Positions 9,399 to 18,086 of a stretch of DNA of 64,000 nt are shown here, in pieces. Each line of letters opens with the position of its first letter. Position 1 is the first letter of the stretch. The notes below the pieces were generated by a model. That model was not told where the DNA came from. It searched no databases and saw only the letters and a list, made by a program, of their open reading frames with translations. This DNA comes from an uncultured Actinomycetota bacterium (GTDB lineage: Bacteria; Actinomycetota; Actinomycetes; JAHEKZ01): positions 296,721-360,720 of the forward strand of contig CAVQHW010000001.1 of assembly GCA_963712425.1 (NCBI GenBank), in the 5' to 3' direction. A program made the position numbers and the translations under genes.

Positions 9399-12152
9399 AT
9401 GCCTGACGACGGGCAATCGACTCTCCCGCATGGGCTGGTGACCTTCTTGTTCACCGATGTCGCCGGTTCGACGCGGTTGTGGGAGGACGCGCCCGATGCC
9501 ATGGCGGCCGCCATGGTGGAGCACGACCAGCTGATCGAAGAAGTCATCGCAGGCCATGGCGGCGACCTCGTGCGCCCAAGAGGCGAAGGGGACAGCCGCT
9601 TCGCGGTGTTCGCACGACCCAGCGACAGCATCAGAGCAGCGGTAGACATCCAGCTGCGCATGATCGAGCACCCGTGGTCGACACCGCGGCCGGTCTCGGT
9701 GCGCATTGCGGTGCATACCGGCGAGGCCGATCTACGCGACGGTGATTACTACGGTCGGGCCGTCAACCGTGCAGCTCGGCTGCGTGCGGCCGGGCACCCC
9801 GGTCAGGTACTCGTCTCCGGCGAAACGCACGATCTCGCACAGGATGCGCTTCCGACTCACATCAAGCTTCGACCTTTGGGAAGCATCGCCCTCGCAGACC
9901 TCGAACGTCCCGAACCGGTGTACCAGGTTCAGCACATCGACCTCCCGGGCGAGTTCCCACCGCTCATAGCCTCGGCCCGCGCGGGAGTGAAGCTGCCACC
10001 TCTGACCCCTGACTTTCTCGGGCGCGACTCGCTTGTCGAAGAAGTGGCTGGAGAACTGATAGGTGGCGATACCAGGCTTGTCACACTCACCGGGCCAGGC
10101 GGGGTGGGAAAGACGCAACTTGCGCTCGCCGTCGCCCTGAGCCTGAGAGACGAGTTCCCTGGTGGAGTCTTCTTCGTGGCACTGGCTGACGTCTCAACGT
10201 CGGCAGCGGCACTCTACGCACTGGCGGCAGCCGTCGAGGTCCGAGAGTCCAACGCCGAGGAACTGCTCGACACCGTGGTCAGGTCGATTTCATCCGCTCC
10301 CGTGCTACTGCTCCTCGACAACGGTGAACAGGTCAGTGGCCTCGATGCATTGGTTGCCGAGCTCCTCTCAAACGTCGAGCAACTCGCCGTGATCACTACA
10401 TCGCGCTCACCGCTTCGGCTCCGCGCCGAGCACCGCGTGCCAGTCCCTCCCCTGGGGCTCCCACCCCGAGATGACCTCGACGGATTGGGCCCGAACGAGG
10501 CCCGAGGCTACCCGTCGCTTGACCTGTTTGTGCGTCGCGCTCAGGCAGTCGATCCGAGCTTCCAACTCGACGACGAGTCACTGCCTTCAGTCCTCGAGAT
10601 CTGCCACCGACTCGAGGGGTCACCGTTGTCCCTTGAACTGGCTGCTGCGCGCACCGACATCCTCAGCCTCCACGACATCGAGCAACGACTTTCAACTCAA
10701 CTGACGCTGCTGACGTCCAGCCACGTGGACATCCCTGAGCGGCAGCGCACCGCGCGGGCCACCATCGAGTGGAGCGTCTCGTTGCTCGCCCCCTCCGAGC
10801 GAGCCGCCTTGTTCACTCTCTGCCTGTTGGTGGGGCCATTCACTCTCAGCGACGCCACCGCCCTGTGCCCCGGGCAAGACAGCGCCGTCACGATGGGGGC
10901 GCTAGTCGACTCCAGCCTCGTGCACACCAGCCGAACGTCCACGGGGCGCTTCTTCGACGTCGCCGAAGCCGTCCGGCAGTACGGACGGACCGCTCTCGAA
11001 GAGTCAGGAAACGTCGATGCCGAACGGGTTCGGTCGTTGCGCCACCTCACGGACGTCGTGACGACATGGGCGCCGAAGCTGGACACCTCTGAGGCCACAA
11101 CGGCCGTAACCCAGATTCGACGTCGGTATGAAGACATTCGCGGCGCCATCGAGTGGACACACAGACGGGGCAGCGCATCCGACGCGGGGCCTCTGCTCGC
11201 CGCGCTACGTCGCTACTGGGTGTACGACGGACAGTTGCGAGAACCATCGGTGTGGCTCGTACGTTGGCTCGATGCAGCAACACCTGACGACCATTGCCGA
11301 GCCGACATCGAGCTGGCGGCCGGTGTACTCGCGTACTTGCTTGGAGACACTCCAGCGGCGACAACGCTGCTAGAGCAATGTCTGCTCCGGGACCAGGTAG
11401 GGAGCGCGACCCTAGCTCGCGGCTACCTCGGAGCTGTCTCACTCGGTGAAGGCGATGTCGAGCGTGCCTCGGCTATGGCTGCGGAGTGCGAGCGGCTCGC
11501 CACCACCGCCAACGACTACACCGCCGAGTCCCTAGCACTGTCTCTGAGGGCTGTGATCGCAGCTGTGGCCGGCGACACCCCGCTCGAGAAGGCGCGCTAC
11601 CTTCGTCGACTGGCACTGGCGAGGGATGTCGGCGACGAGCGACGCACTGCGGAGACACTCAACAACCTCGCCGAGGTCGCCCTGGCAGAGGGCGACATTT
11701 CAAGCGCCAGCCTGTTCGCGCAGGAGGCCCTGACAACAGCCCGCCAATCGGGGCGCATGGTCACACGAGACGCGCTGTACACCCAGGCCAGACTCGACTT
11801 GATGCGCGAAGACGCCCTTAGCGCTTTGGTGCACGCGCGCGAGTCACTCCAACTGAGCCTCGACCTGGGGCAACCATTCGAGACCTCACAGGCTGTCACC
11901 CTGATCGGCGCGATTGCCGTTGATCTCGGCCGTACTGGTGAGGGGGCCGAGCTGATGGCTGCGGGCCAGCGCATGCGATCGGCCTCTGGGCCGCCCCTCG
12001 ACGTCGACCTCGAACCAGAACTCGAGGAATACCGTCGGCGAGTCGCCACCGAATTGGGTGTCCCCGACTTCGAAGATGCCGCCGGACGCGGTGCGACGAT
12101 CTCGATGGAGAGCGCCGCTCAACTGGCGATGGGGATTCTGCCGACGCGATAG
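9399..12152 (+). CDS. Class III adenylate/guanylate cyclase fused to STAND (NB-ARC-like) ATPase and TPR-like repeats
   Basis: TFLFTDVAGST, GEGDS, GDYYGRAVNRAARL; Walker A GPGGVGKT, Walker B LLLLDN, GSPLSLELAAAR; helical repeats such as AETLNNLAEVAL. No C-terminal LuxR HTH. Confidence 0.9.
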   Translation: MPDDGQSTLPHGLVTFLFTDVAGSTRLWEDAPDAMAAAMVEHDQLIEEVIAGHGGDLVRPRGEGDSRFAVFARPSDSIRAAVDIQLRMIEHPWSTPRPVSVRIAVHTGEADLRDGDYYGRAVNRAARLRAAGHPGQVLVSGETHDLAQDALPTHIKLRPLGSIALADLERPEPVYQVQHIDLPGEFPPLIASARAGVKLPPLTPDFLGRDSLVEEVAGELIGGDTRLVTLTGPGGVGKTQLALAVALSLRDEFPGGVFFVALADVSTSAAALYALAAAVEVRESNAEELLDTVVRSISSAPVLLLLDNGEQVSGLDALVAELLSNVEQLAVITTSRSPLRLRAEHRVPVPPLGLPPRDDLDGLGPNEARGYPSLDLFVRRAQAVDPSFQLDDESLPSVLEICHRLEGSPLSLELAAARTDILSLHDIEQRLSTQLTLLTSSHVDIPERQRTARATIEWSVSLLAPSERAALFTLCLLVGPFTLSDATALCPGQDSAVTMGALVDSSLVHTSRTSTGRFFDVAEAVRQYGRTALEESGNVDAERVRSLRHLTDVVTTWAPKLDTSEATTAVTQIRRRYEDIRGAIEWTHRRGSASDAGPLLAALRRYWVYDGQLREPSVWLVRWLDAATPDDHCRADIELAAGVLAYLLGDTPAATTLLEQCLLRDQVGSATLARGYLGAVSLGEGDVERASAMAAECERLATTANDYTAESLALSLRAVIAAVAGDTPLEKARYLRRLALARDVGDERRTAETLNNLAEVALAEGDISSASLFAQEALTTARQSGRMVTRDALYTQARLDLMREDALSALVHARESLQLSLDLGQPFETSQAVTLIGAIAVDLGRTGEGAELMAAGQRMRSASGPPLDVDLEPELEEYRRRVATELGVPDFEDAAGRGATISMESAAQLAMGILPTR

Positions 12153-13609
12153 CGGCTGTTCTGCTGTGTCTCCACGACCAAAACAACGTCACCACCATCG
12201 GCCGCGGCCGTCTCCGCAACACTGGCGGCACGATCAACGCAGGCTTGAGTCGGCGTCGATCCACCTACCGCCGCGCAGCGGGGCAGGGCTTGGTAGCTGC
12301 CATTCTCGGTTGCCTGACGTTGGACGCGTGCTCGCTTTGCAACATCTGATGCGGTAGCTGCTCCCAACAACGACGAGTCAAGATAAAGGCGCAGTTCCAT
12401 CGGCTCGGCGTTGGAGGCACTCGCACCGGGAGACTCGACCAGCACAGGAACACCGAACCCACTTGGGTTAGGCGCAGAGGCCAACTCCTCCAACGTGACC
12501 GGCGCAGTCCCCGCACCAGCTTCGGTGAGATCGAGAGAAGCTGCCTGTTGGTCATCTGCGGTGGTGTCCAGGGCACAGTCGGACGGGTCAGGATCGGGGT
12601 CACAAGGGCCAGGTGCACCATTGGCAAAGCCAGCACCTTGGGTGACTTCAGCAGTGACCGCACCGACATAGTTCGGACTGAGAAGGGTCAACTGTCCAGT
12701 TTGGATCTCGACAGTTCCCGTCGATGGCGAGGCACCATCTGTCGTGAAGTACCTGACGTCAACGACACTCGTTCCGCTGCCAGCCGACTTCCTGAGGATC
12801 CCAGAGTTTCGGAACACGCCGAGGGTCTCACCAGGGACGGTCGTGAACCCCTGGTAGTAGCCGAGGTCATTCTGGAGGTCGAAGATCGGTTGCGACGGAT
12901 GAGCGTTATCGATGTTGCGGAAGGTTGTTCCGTAGTCGGCTGCGATGTATCCATTGCCTGACAACGCGACGGTTCCGTAGTTCTTGATCACGCGACGGTC
13001 AGAGAGATTCACACCGAGCCCATTGACGTTCATTACGGCGTTCGGCGCGATCTTGGTCACCCCGGCCTTGGCCGGAGCGGTGACGCATGGGCCGGCGTCG
13101 AAGCATTTCCGGGTGCTCATCGTGGCAGTGCCGTTGACCGAACCCCAGTCGAGCCGTTCGGTCACTGTGAAGACCCCAGACCCACGCAACCATCCGTACA
13201 TCTCTGTGATGTAGCTCGTGGAGTTGCCGCTGATGGTCAACTCACTGCCAAGTGTCATTGTCAGCGTGCCGGCATTCTGCAGTGAGGCGATCGAGGGCTG
13301 CAGCTGAACACCCGTCAGCGTGACCGACTCTCCGAACGGGATTACCGCGATGTCGTTCTTGGGAGTATCTGGGTCGAGCTCGCCGGGGATGCAGTTCTCG
13401 TCCCAGTTCCAGGCGTCATCCCACGAATACCCATCACCGGTTTCACCCGTGGGGTCGTCAGCCGACCCATCCCACGTGACCGTAGTGACTCCTGGGTCAC
13501 ACACGTCGTAGCCCTTGGCGATTGCTGGAGGTCCGACCACGACAGTCACCGTCGCCAGGCATAAGGCGGCGACCATCAGAACCGAGGCGCGACGGACGGC
13601 AGCATTCAT
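12119..13609 (-). CDS. Secreted protein with beta-strand-rich repeats and a Cys-containing C-terminal domain
   Basis: Sec signal (MNAAVRRASVLMVAALCL...PAIA), TWDG...W..AWNW motif, G/N/T-rich strands, C-terminal LPRC...ACV...GDVVLVVETQQNSRY. Confidence 0.75.
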   Translation of the reverse strand: MNAAVRRASVLMVAALCLATVTVVVGPPAIAKGYDVCDPGVTTVTWDGSADDPTGETGDGYSWDDAWNWDENCIPGELDPDTPKNDIAVIPFGESVTLTGVQLQPSIASLQNAGTLTMTLGSELTISGNSTSYITEMYGWLRGSGVFTVTERLDWGSVNGTATMSTRKCFDAGPCVTAPAKAGVTKIAPNAVMNVNGLGVNLSDRRVIKNYGTVALSGNGYIAADYGTTFRNIDNAHPSQPIFDLQNDLGYYQGFTTVPGETLGVFRNSGILRKSAGSGTSVVDVRYFTTDGASPSTGTVEIQTGQLTLLSPNYVGAVTAEVTQGAGFANGAPGPCDPDPDPSDCALDTTADDQQAASLDLTEAGAGTAPVTLEELASAPNPSGFGVPVLVESPGASASNAEPMELRLYLDSSLLGAATASDVAKRARVQRQATENGSYQALPRCAAVGGSTPTQACVDRAASVAETAAADGGDVVLVVETQQNSRYRVGRIPIAS

Positions 13610-13637
13610 GCGGGTCTCCGGGGTTGCGGGGTCGGGC

Positions 13638-14361
13638 TCAGGCTACCGACCCAACGGCGACGAGCGCCGGGCGATCCAGAATCTGCAGACCGTCTGAGAA
13701 CCGCAGGACTCCTCGTTGCTCCAAACTTCCCAGTTCACGATCCACTTGACTCGTGGTGACTCCAGACAGTCCTGACAGGTCACTGAGCGTGACCGGTAGC
13801 GACGCGGTTGGGTCGTGCCCCCACGGTAGTTCGAGGATCACCCGCGCAAGTCGCGCGCGCCACGGAGCCCGAGCGATCCGCCAGCCGACGCGAGAGGGCA
13901 GCGGAACGCTCAGAGAGGATCCGAAGGAAGAGGTCGTCGAGTTCTGGATAGTCGGCGCGAACCCGCGTGCAGGCCTCATCATCAAGTTCCATCAGCCGAC
14001 ACGAGCTGCGCGCTGCGGCAGTGGCGCTGCGCCTTGCGGAGCGGGCGAAGAGGGCCATCTCACCGAGCAGTTCGCCGGGCCCTCGAACAGCAATCGTCAC
14101 AGGGTCCGCGGAGCCTCCGTCCACTTCGATCGCCACCAACCCGCTGCTCACGAGGAAGAGCGAGCCTCCGGTGTCGCCTTCGGCGAACACAATGTCTCCC
14201 GGCGCAAAAGTTCGTAGCGCACTGGCGTCGACCAGCCCACGTGACGCGGCCGCAGACAACGACGTGAAGGGAGACTCGATCACCGCCCCAGTGTGCTCCC
14301 CAGCACCTGGCGGCGTGAGGACTCCCGGCAATTCCCCATCAATCACCCATTCGCCGGTCAC
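13638..14361 (-). CDS. Second Crp/Fnr family regulator; frameshift in a GC-dinucleotide run at about 13855
   Basis: cNMP domain (IVFAEGDTGG, GELLGEMAL, RSATAAA) in ORF 13780-14361; HTH (LPVTLSDLSGLSGVTTSQVDRELGSL) in ORF 13638-13985. Confidence 0.8.
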
Positions 14362-14475
14362 CCGGTGGGGCTACCAGAACAGCACCAGGCGCAGCCGATA
14401 CATCACTGGGGAGTTTGCGCTCCACTCATTGTCATTCTTGTCAGTTCTTGTCATTGAACAGGGTTCGGAGTAGCC

Positions 14476-15675
14476 GTGCGAAGCATGCGTTGGGTCAGAG
14501 TCGCTGGGGCACCGGTCGTTGCGTGTGTCGTCGCAGGTGCGCTGCTCGGGGCGCCGTCGGACGCCGCAGTCGCCAACCCCTGCGAGATGCGCGTCACCCT
14601 CGATCGAGTCAGCAGCGTGACGTACGGCAACGGCGTTGAGCGCCAGAAGTACGAGGTCAAGGTCTCGTGGAGTGATCGTTCGCAGACCGCCGAGGTGCAT
14701 CGCATGGTGATGCCGGCGTCCGCCGAACCACGGCTGGTCACCAAGAAGCTCGGCACCCTCAGCCAGTTGAAGTCGCAACTCGAAAGCCCGAAAGGCAAGC
14801 GCGGTATCGCTGCGGTCAACGGTGACTTCTTCTACGGGTACCGCATCGACGGACAGACCGTCTACCTGCCGCGAAATGCTTCCGTCAGCAAGGGCAAGCC
14901 AGTACGCCTCGGCCCTGAGCGCACTCGCGTTGTCGGGATCGACAAGGAGGGCAACCCCTTCGACGGTGAGGTGGGCATCAAAGGCACCGTCGCGCACGGG
15001 CAGAAAGTGTTCGCAGTCGACAGCCTCAACTGGCACGCCATCGGTGACGGCGCCGTCGCCATATACACGCCAGCGTGGAGTGACGTCTCGACAGCGAAGC
15101 GTCCAGCGGGCGCGGTCGAGTGGGTCGTCAAGCAGGACAAGATCATCGACGTTCGCAGCGGACGCCAGACGGGCAAGACCGTCAAACCGCATACCAAGGT
15201 CGTCGCGTTCGGCAAGAACCATGCGCGCGCCGCGAAACGGGCAGCTGACCGGTCTGCCGCTCTCATTGCGGTCAAGCAGACCACGGGAACGGGGACGCCA
15301 CTGCGCGACGCCATCGGTCGGGGCGTGTCACTCGTCGAAGCTGGCGAGGTCGACCTGGCGTGCGAAGGCAAGTGGTACCAGCAGCGACCGCGGACGACCG
15401 TCGGATGGGACGCGCAGGGCAACTGGATGACACTCTCGTTGCCGGGTAGCGGGTACGACCGCAACGGATACCGGGTCGGCGGTCTCGGGCTTGCCCAAGA
15501 GGCCAACGTCGCCATCGCTCTGGGCTTCGTTGAGGCGTCCGAACTCGACGGTGGCGGTTCGACGACAGCGCTGGTGCGACGCTCGGACGGCGGCTGGGAC
15601 CGAGTCGACGACCCAGACACCCTGTGGCAACGCCCGATCCCGAACGCGCTGGTGTGGGTCAAGCCGCAGCGCTAG
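14476..15675 (+). CDS. Secreted phosphodiester glycosidase (NAGPA/DUF2233-like) family protein
   Basis: Signal peptide; AAVNGDFF, PRTTVGW, ELDGGGST and RPIPNAL motifs. Confidence 0.85.
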   Translation: MRSMRWVRVAGAPVVACVVAGALLGAPSDAAVANPCEMRVTLDRVSSVTYGNGVERQKYEVKVSWSDRSQTAEVHRMVMPASAEPRLVTKKLGTLSQLKSQLESPKGKRGIAAVNGDFFYGYRIDGQTVYLPRNASVSKGKPVRLGPERTRVVGIDKEGNPFDGEVGIKGTVAHGQKVFAVDSLNWHAIGDGAVAIYTPAWSDVSTAKRPAGAVEWVVKQDKIIDVRSGRQTGKTVKPHTKVVAFGKNHARAAKRAADRSAALIAVKQTTGTGTPLRDAIGRGVSLVEAGEVDLACEGKWYQQRPRTTVGWDAQGNWMTLSLPGSGYDRNGYRVGGLGLAQEANVAIALGFVEASELDGGGSTTALVRRSDGGWDRVDDPDTLWQRPIPNALVWVKPQR

Positions 15676-15694
15676 TGCCGCCTACGATCGATCC

Positions 15695-17014
15695 GTGACC
15701 GACTCGGACTACTCCCTCACGGCGTCTCCCGGCCGACTCCTGCCTGTCGCTACCCACGCGTCCGGCATGCGCATCTACGACCGCGACGGCCAGGAGTGGC
15801 TGGACGCCTGTGGCGGCGCGATGGTCATGAGCCTCGGCCACTGCCACCCACGTTTGGTGAAGGCCGCTCAGGACCAACTCGAGAAACTCACGTTCACCTA
15901 TCGCTTCTCGTTCTCGAACGAACCGATGATCGAGCTGGCCGGGTTGATTCGTGACGTTGCCCCGATGGATCGCGGGTGGGCGTTCTTCAACTCCTCTGGG
16001 TCGGAGTCAATCGAGTCTGCGATCCACCTGGCGTTGTTGTACTGGAAACACATGGGGCGTCCGAGCAAGACGCAGCTCATCTCGCGGTTCCCCAGCTTTC
16101 ACGGCTCCACCCTCGGCGCTCTCGGGTTGTCTGGGTCGCGATGGCGTGAGTCGTTCGACCACGTGCTCGAGGACAACCCGATCGCTCAGGCACCCAACGC
16201 TGACATCCGATCAGGTCGAACCGAAGCCGAAGAGGTTGCCTTCGGCTTGCAACAGATCGAGGACGCCCTGCTGCTTCGCGGGCCCGAGAACGTCGCGGCC
16301 GTGTTCCTCGAACCGATCACCGGGGCCAGCACCGCAGCGGTCGTTCCCCCTGACGGCTACCTCGAGGGGGTTCGCGCGCTCTGCGACCGCTACGAGGTGT
16401 TGATGATCTGTGACGAGACCGTCACTAGCTTCGGGCGTACCGGCACCTGGTGGGCGGTTGACCACTGGAACGTGCAGCCCGACATCGTCACCTTCGCCAA
16501 GGGAGTCACCAGCGGCGTCACGCCGTTCTCCGGTTTGGCGATGACCGGAACCATCGCCGACGTGTTCAGCTCAGCGCCTGAGGGGTTTCCCTACGGGCAC
16601 ACCTACTCAGGAAACCCGGTCGGCTGCGCAGTAGCCGCCGAGGTCATTCGCACCATCCGCGACGAAGGCCTGCTCGAGAACAGCGCCGAGATGGGTAAAC
16701 GTCTCGAAGTCGGTCTGCGCGAGATCGCTGACGGTTCTCCGCACATCGGACAGGTGCGCGGACGCGGCTTGCTGCAGGGCATCGAACTCGTCACCGACAA
16801 GGACACACTCACGCCACTGGCCGGCGCCTCCTATGCCCTCGCTGGGTTGGCTCGCGACCGGCACCTGATGATCTACAGCTGCCCAACCCCTCTGGGTGAT
16901 ACCACGATCGAAGCGGTGATGCTCGCTCCCCCGCTCACCATCACCGAAGCTGACGTCGACGAGATCCTGAACCGCCTCGGGGACGCCGTGACCGACCTCG
17001 GTCGCCCCTCCTAA
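15695..17014 (+). CDS. Class III PLP-dependent aminotransferase
   Basis: LDACGG, NSSGSESIE, SFHGSTLG, LEPITG, ICDETVTSFGRTG, DIVTFAKG (PLP Lys), GHTYSGNP. Start inferred at GTG 15695. Confidence 0.9.
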   Translation: MTDSDYSLTASPGRLLPVATHASGMRIYDRDGQEWLDACGGAMVMSLGHCHPRLVKAAQDQLEKLTFTYRFSFSNEPMIELAGLIRDVAPMDRGWAFFNSSGSESIESAIHLALLYWKHMGRPSKTQLISRFPSFHGSTLGALGLSGSRWRESFDHVLEDNPIAQAPNADIRSGRTEAEEVAFGLQQIEDALLLRGPENVAAVFLEPITGASTAAVVPPDGYLEGVRALCDRYEVLMICDETVTSFGRTGTWWAVDHWNVQPDIVTFAKGVTSGVTPFSGLAMTGTIADVFSSAPEGFPYGHTYSGNPVGCAVAAEVIRTIRDEGLLENSAEMGKRLEVGLREIADGSPHIGQVRGRGLLQGIELVTDKDTLTPLAGASYALAGLARDRHLMIYSCPTPLGDTTIEAVMLAPPLTITEADVDEILNRLGDAVTDLGRPS

Positions 17015-17018
17015 ACCC

Positions 17019-17053
17019 CAAGAACGACGCGTTCACCCGCTCTCGCGGAACAA
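17019..17053 (+). repeat. Dispersed ~35-bp intergenic repeat, copy A
   Basis: caagaacgacgcgttcacccgctctcgcggaacaa matches 48249-48283 at 29 of 35 positions. Confidence 0.7.
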
Positions 17054-17062
17054 CCTCTGCCT

Positions 17063-17938
17063 TCATGCTGTGGACATGTCGACGAGACCGGGGTCACCGA
17101 ACAGGTACTCGTTGAGCAGGTAGTTCACCTCGTGGATGGACAGCGCTTGCGTGTAGGCGACGTGGCGCGAGAACCGGTCGTAGTCCACTGCCTCTAGTGC
17201 CTCAAGGGCGCGCGGATGGTGCAAGGTCAGATACATCTCTGTGGTGACTTTGCGACGCGGGAACTCGGTGCGGACAGTGCCGCAGCCGAAGCCAAAGATG
17301 GTGAGCGCCACGTCGGCGTCGATCGGATTGCTGCGGGCAACTACTCCGCGGTCTGCCACCGACACCTTCGGACGCCGCACGTCTCGTCGCTCCCAGACCT
17401 GGACGCAGGTTTGCAGCTGGTTTCGCGCGTAGGCGTCCGACCCGTCGGCGTCGACGTAGTTGATGCTGAGATCTTCATCAGCGATGAGGTGAAAGTACGG
17501 ATCAAGGCGATTGACCACGCTCCACTTTCGCCAAGACCGAGGCACGATGAACGCGATGTAGTCGCTGTAGTCGGCACTGCGGTTGAAGAAAGGAACGGAC
17601 AGCGAGTTGTTCCTGCCAAACGGCGGGTTGCTCACCGTAACGGCACCGCGCAGGTCGAGGTGCATCGCGAGAAAGTCGCCCCGCGCTACGTGCGGATGTA
17701 GCGGCTCGATGTCGACACTGACGACGTCCAGGACGCCGGCCGCCATCGCGGCGTCAACGAAGGCACCGGTTCCGCCAGCCGGTTCCAGCCAGGGGCGGCG
17801 TGTGGCGTCCGGAACAACTGAAAGCACAACGTCGACGACGCTCGAGGCGACGCTAGGAGGTGTGTAGAACTGCTCTTTGCCCGTGACGCGGGTGTTGCCC
17901 TGCGGTGTCGGCAGTCTGCTGCCCGAGACGTCCGCCAT
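17063..17938 (-). CDS. Putative N6-adenine DNA methyltransferase (gamma-type motif order), orphan
   Basis: EQFYTP (motif X), LEPAGGTGAF (motif I), GDFL, SNPPFG (motif IV), IAFIVPRSW. Confidence 0.75.
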   Translation of the reverse strand: MADVSGSRLPTPQGNTRVTGKEQFYTPPSVASSVVDVVLSVVPDATRRPWLEPAGGTGAFVDAAMAAGVLDVVSVDIEPLHPHVARGDFLAMHLDLRGAVTVSNPPFGRNNSLSVPFFNRSADYSDYIAFIVPRSWRKWSVVNRLDPYFHLIADEDLSINYVDADGSDAYARNQLQTCVQVWERRDVRRPKVSVADRGVVARSNPIDADVALTIFGFGCGTVRTEFPRRKVTTEMYLTLHHPRALEALEAVDYDRFSRHVAYTQALSIHEVNYLLNEYLFGDPGLVDMSTA

Positions 17939-18086
17939 GGTTCGGGAGCCTAGCCGGGAACAGTGGACTGTCACGCATACGTCGGTCGTTGTGTCATGCA
18001 GCCGACGGTGCCAAACGCGTGGCCGAGCCACGCTTTCGTCATCCAGGAAAGCGTCCCCTTCCGGGGCACAACAACAGGAGGACGAA

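Noticed and set aside
9308-9706. N-terminal extension of the Crp ORF overlapping the cyclase gene
   Set aside because: The extension has no domain content; the cNMP domain starts near 9307.
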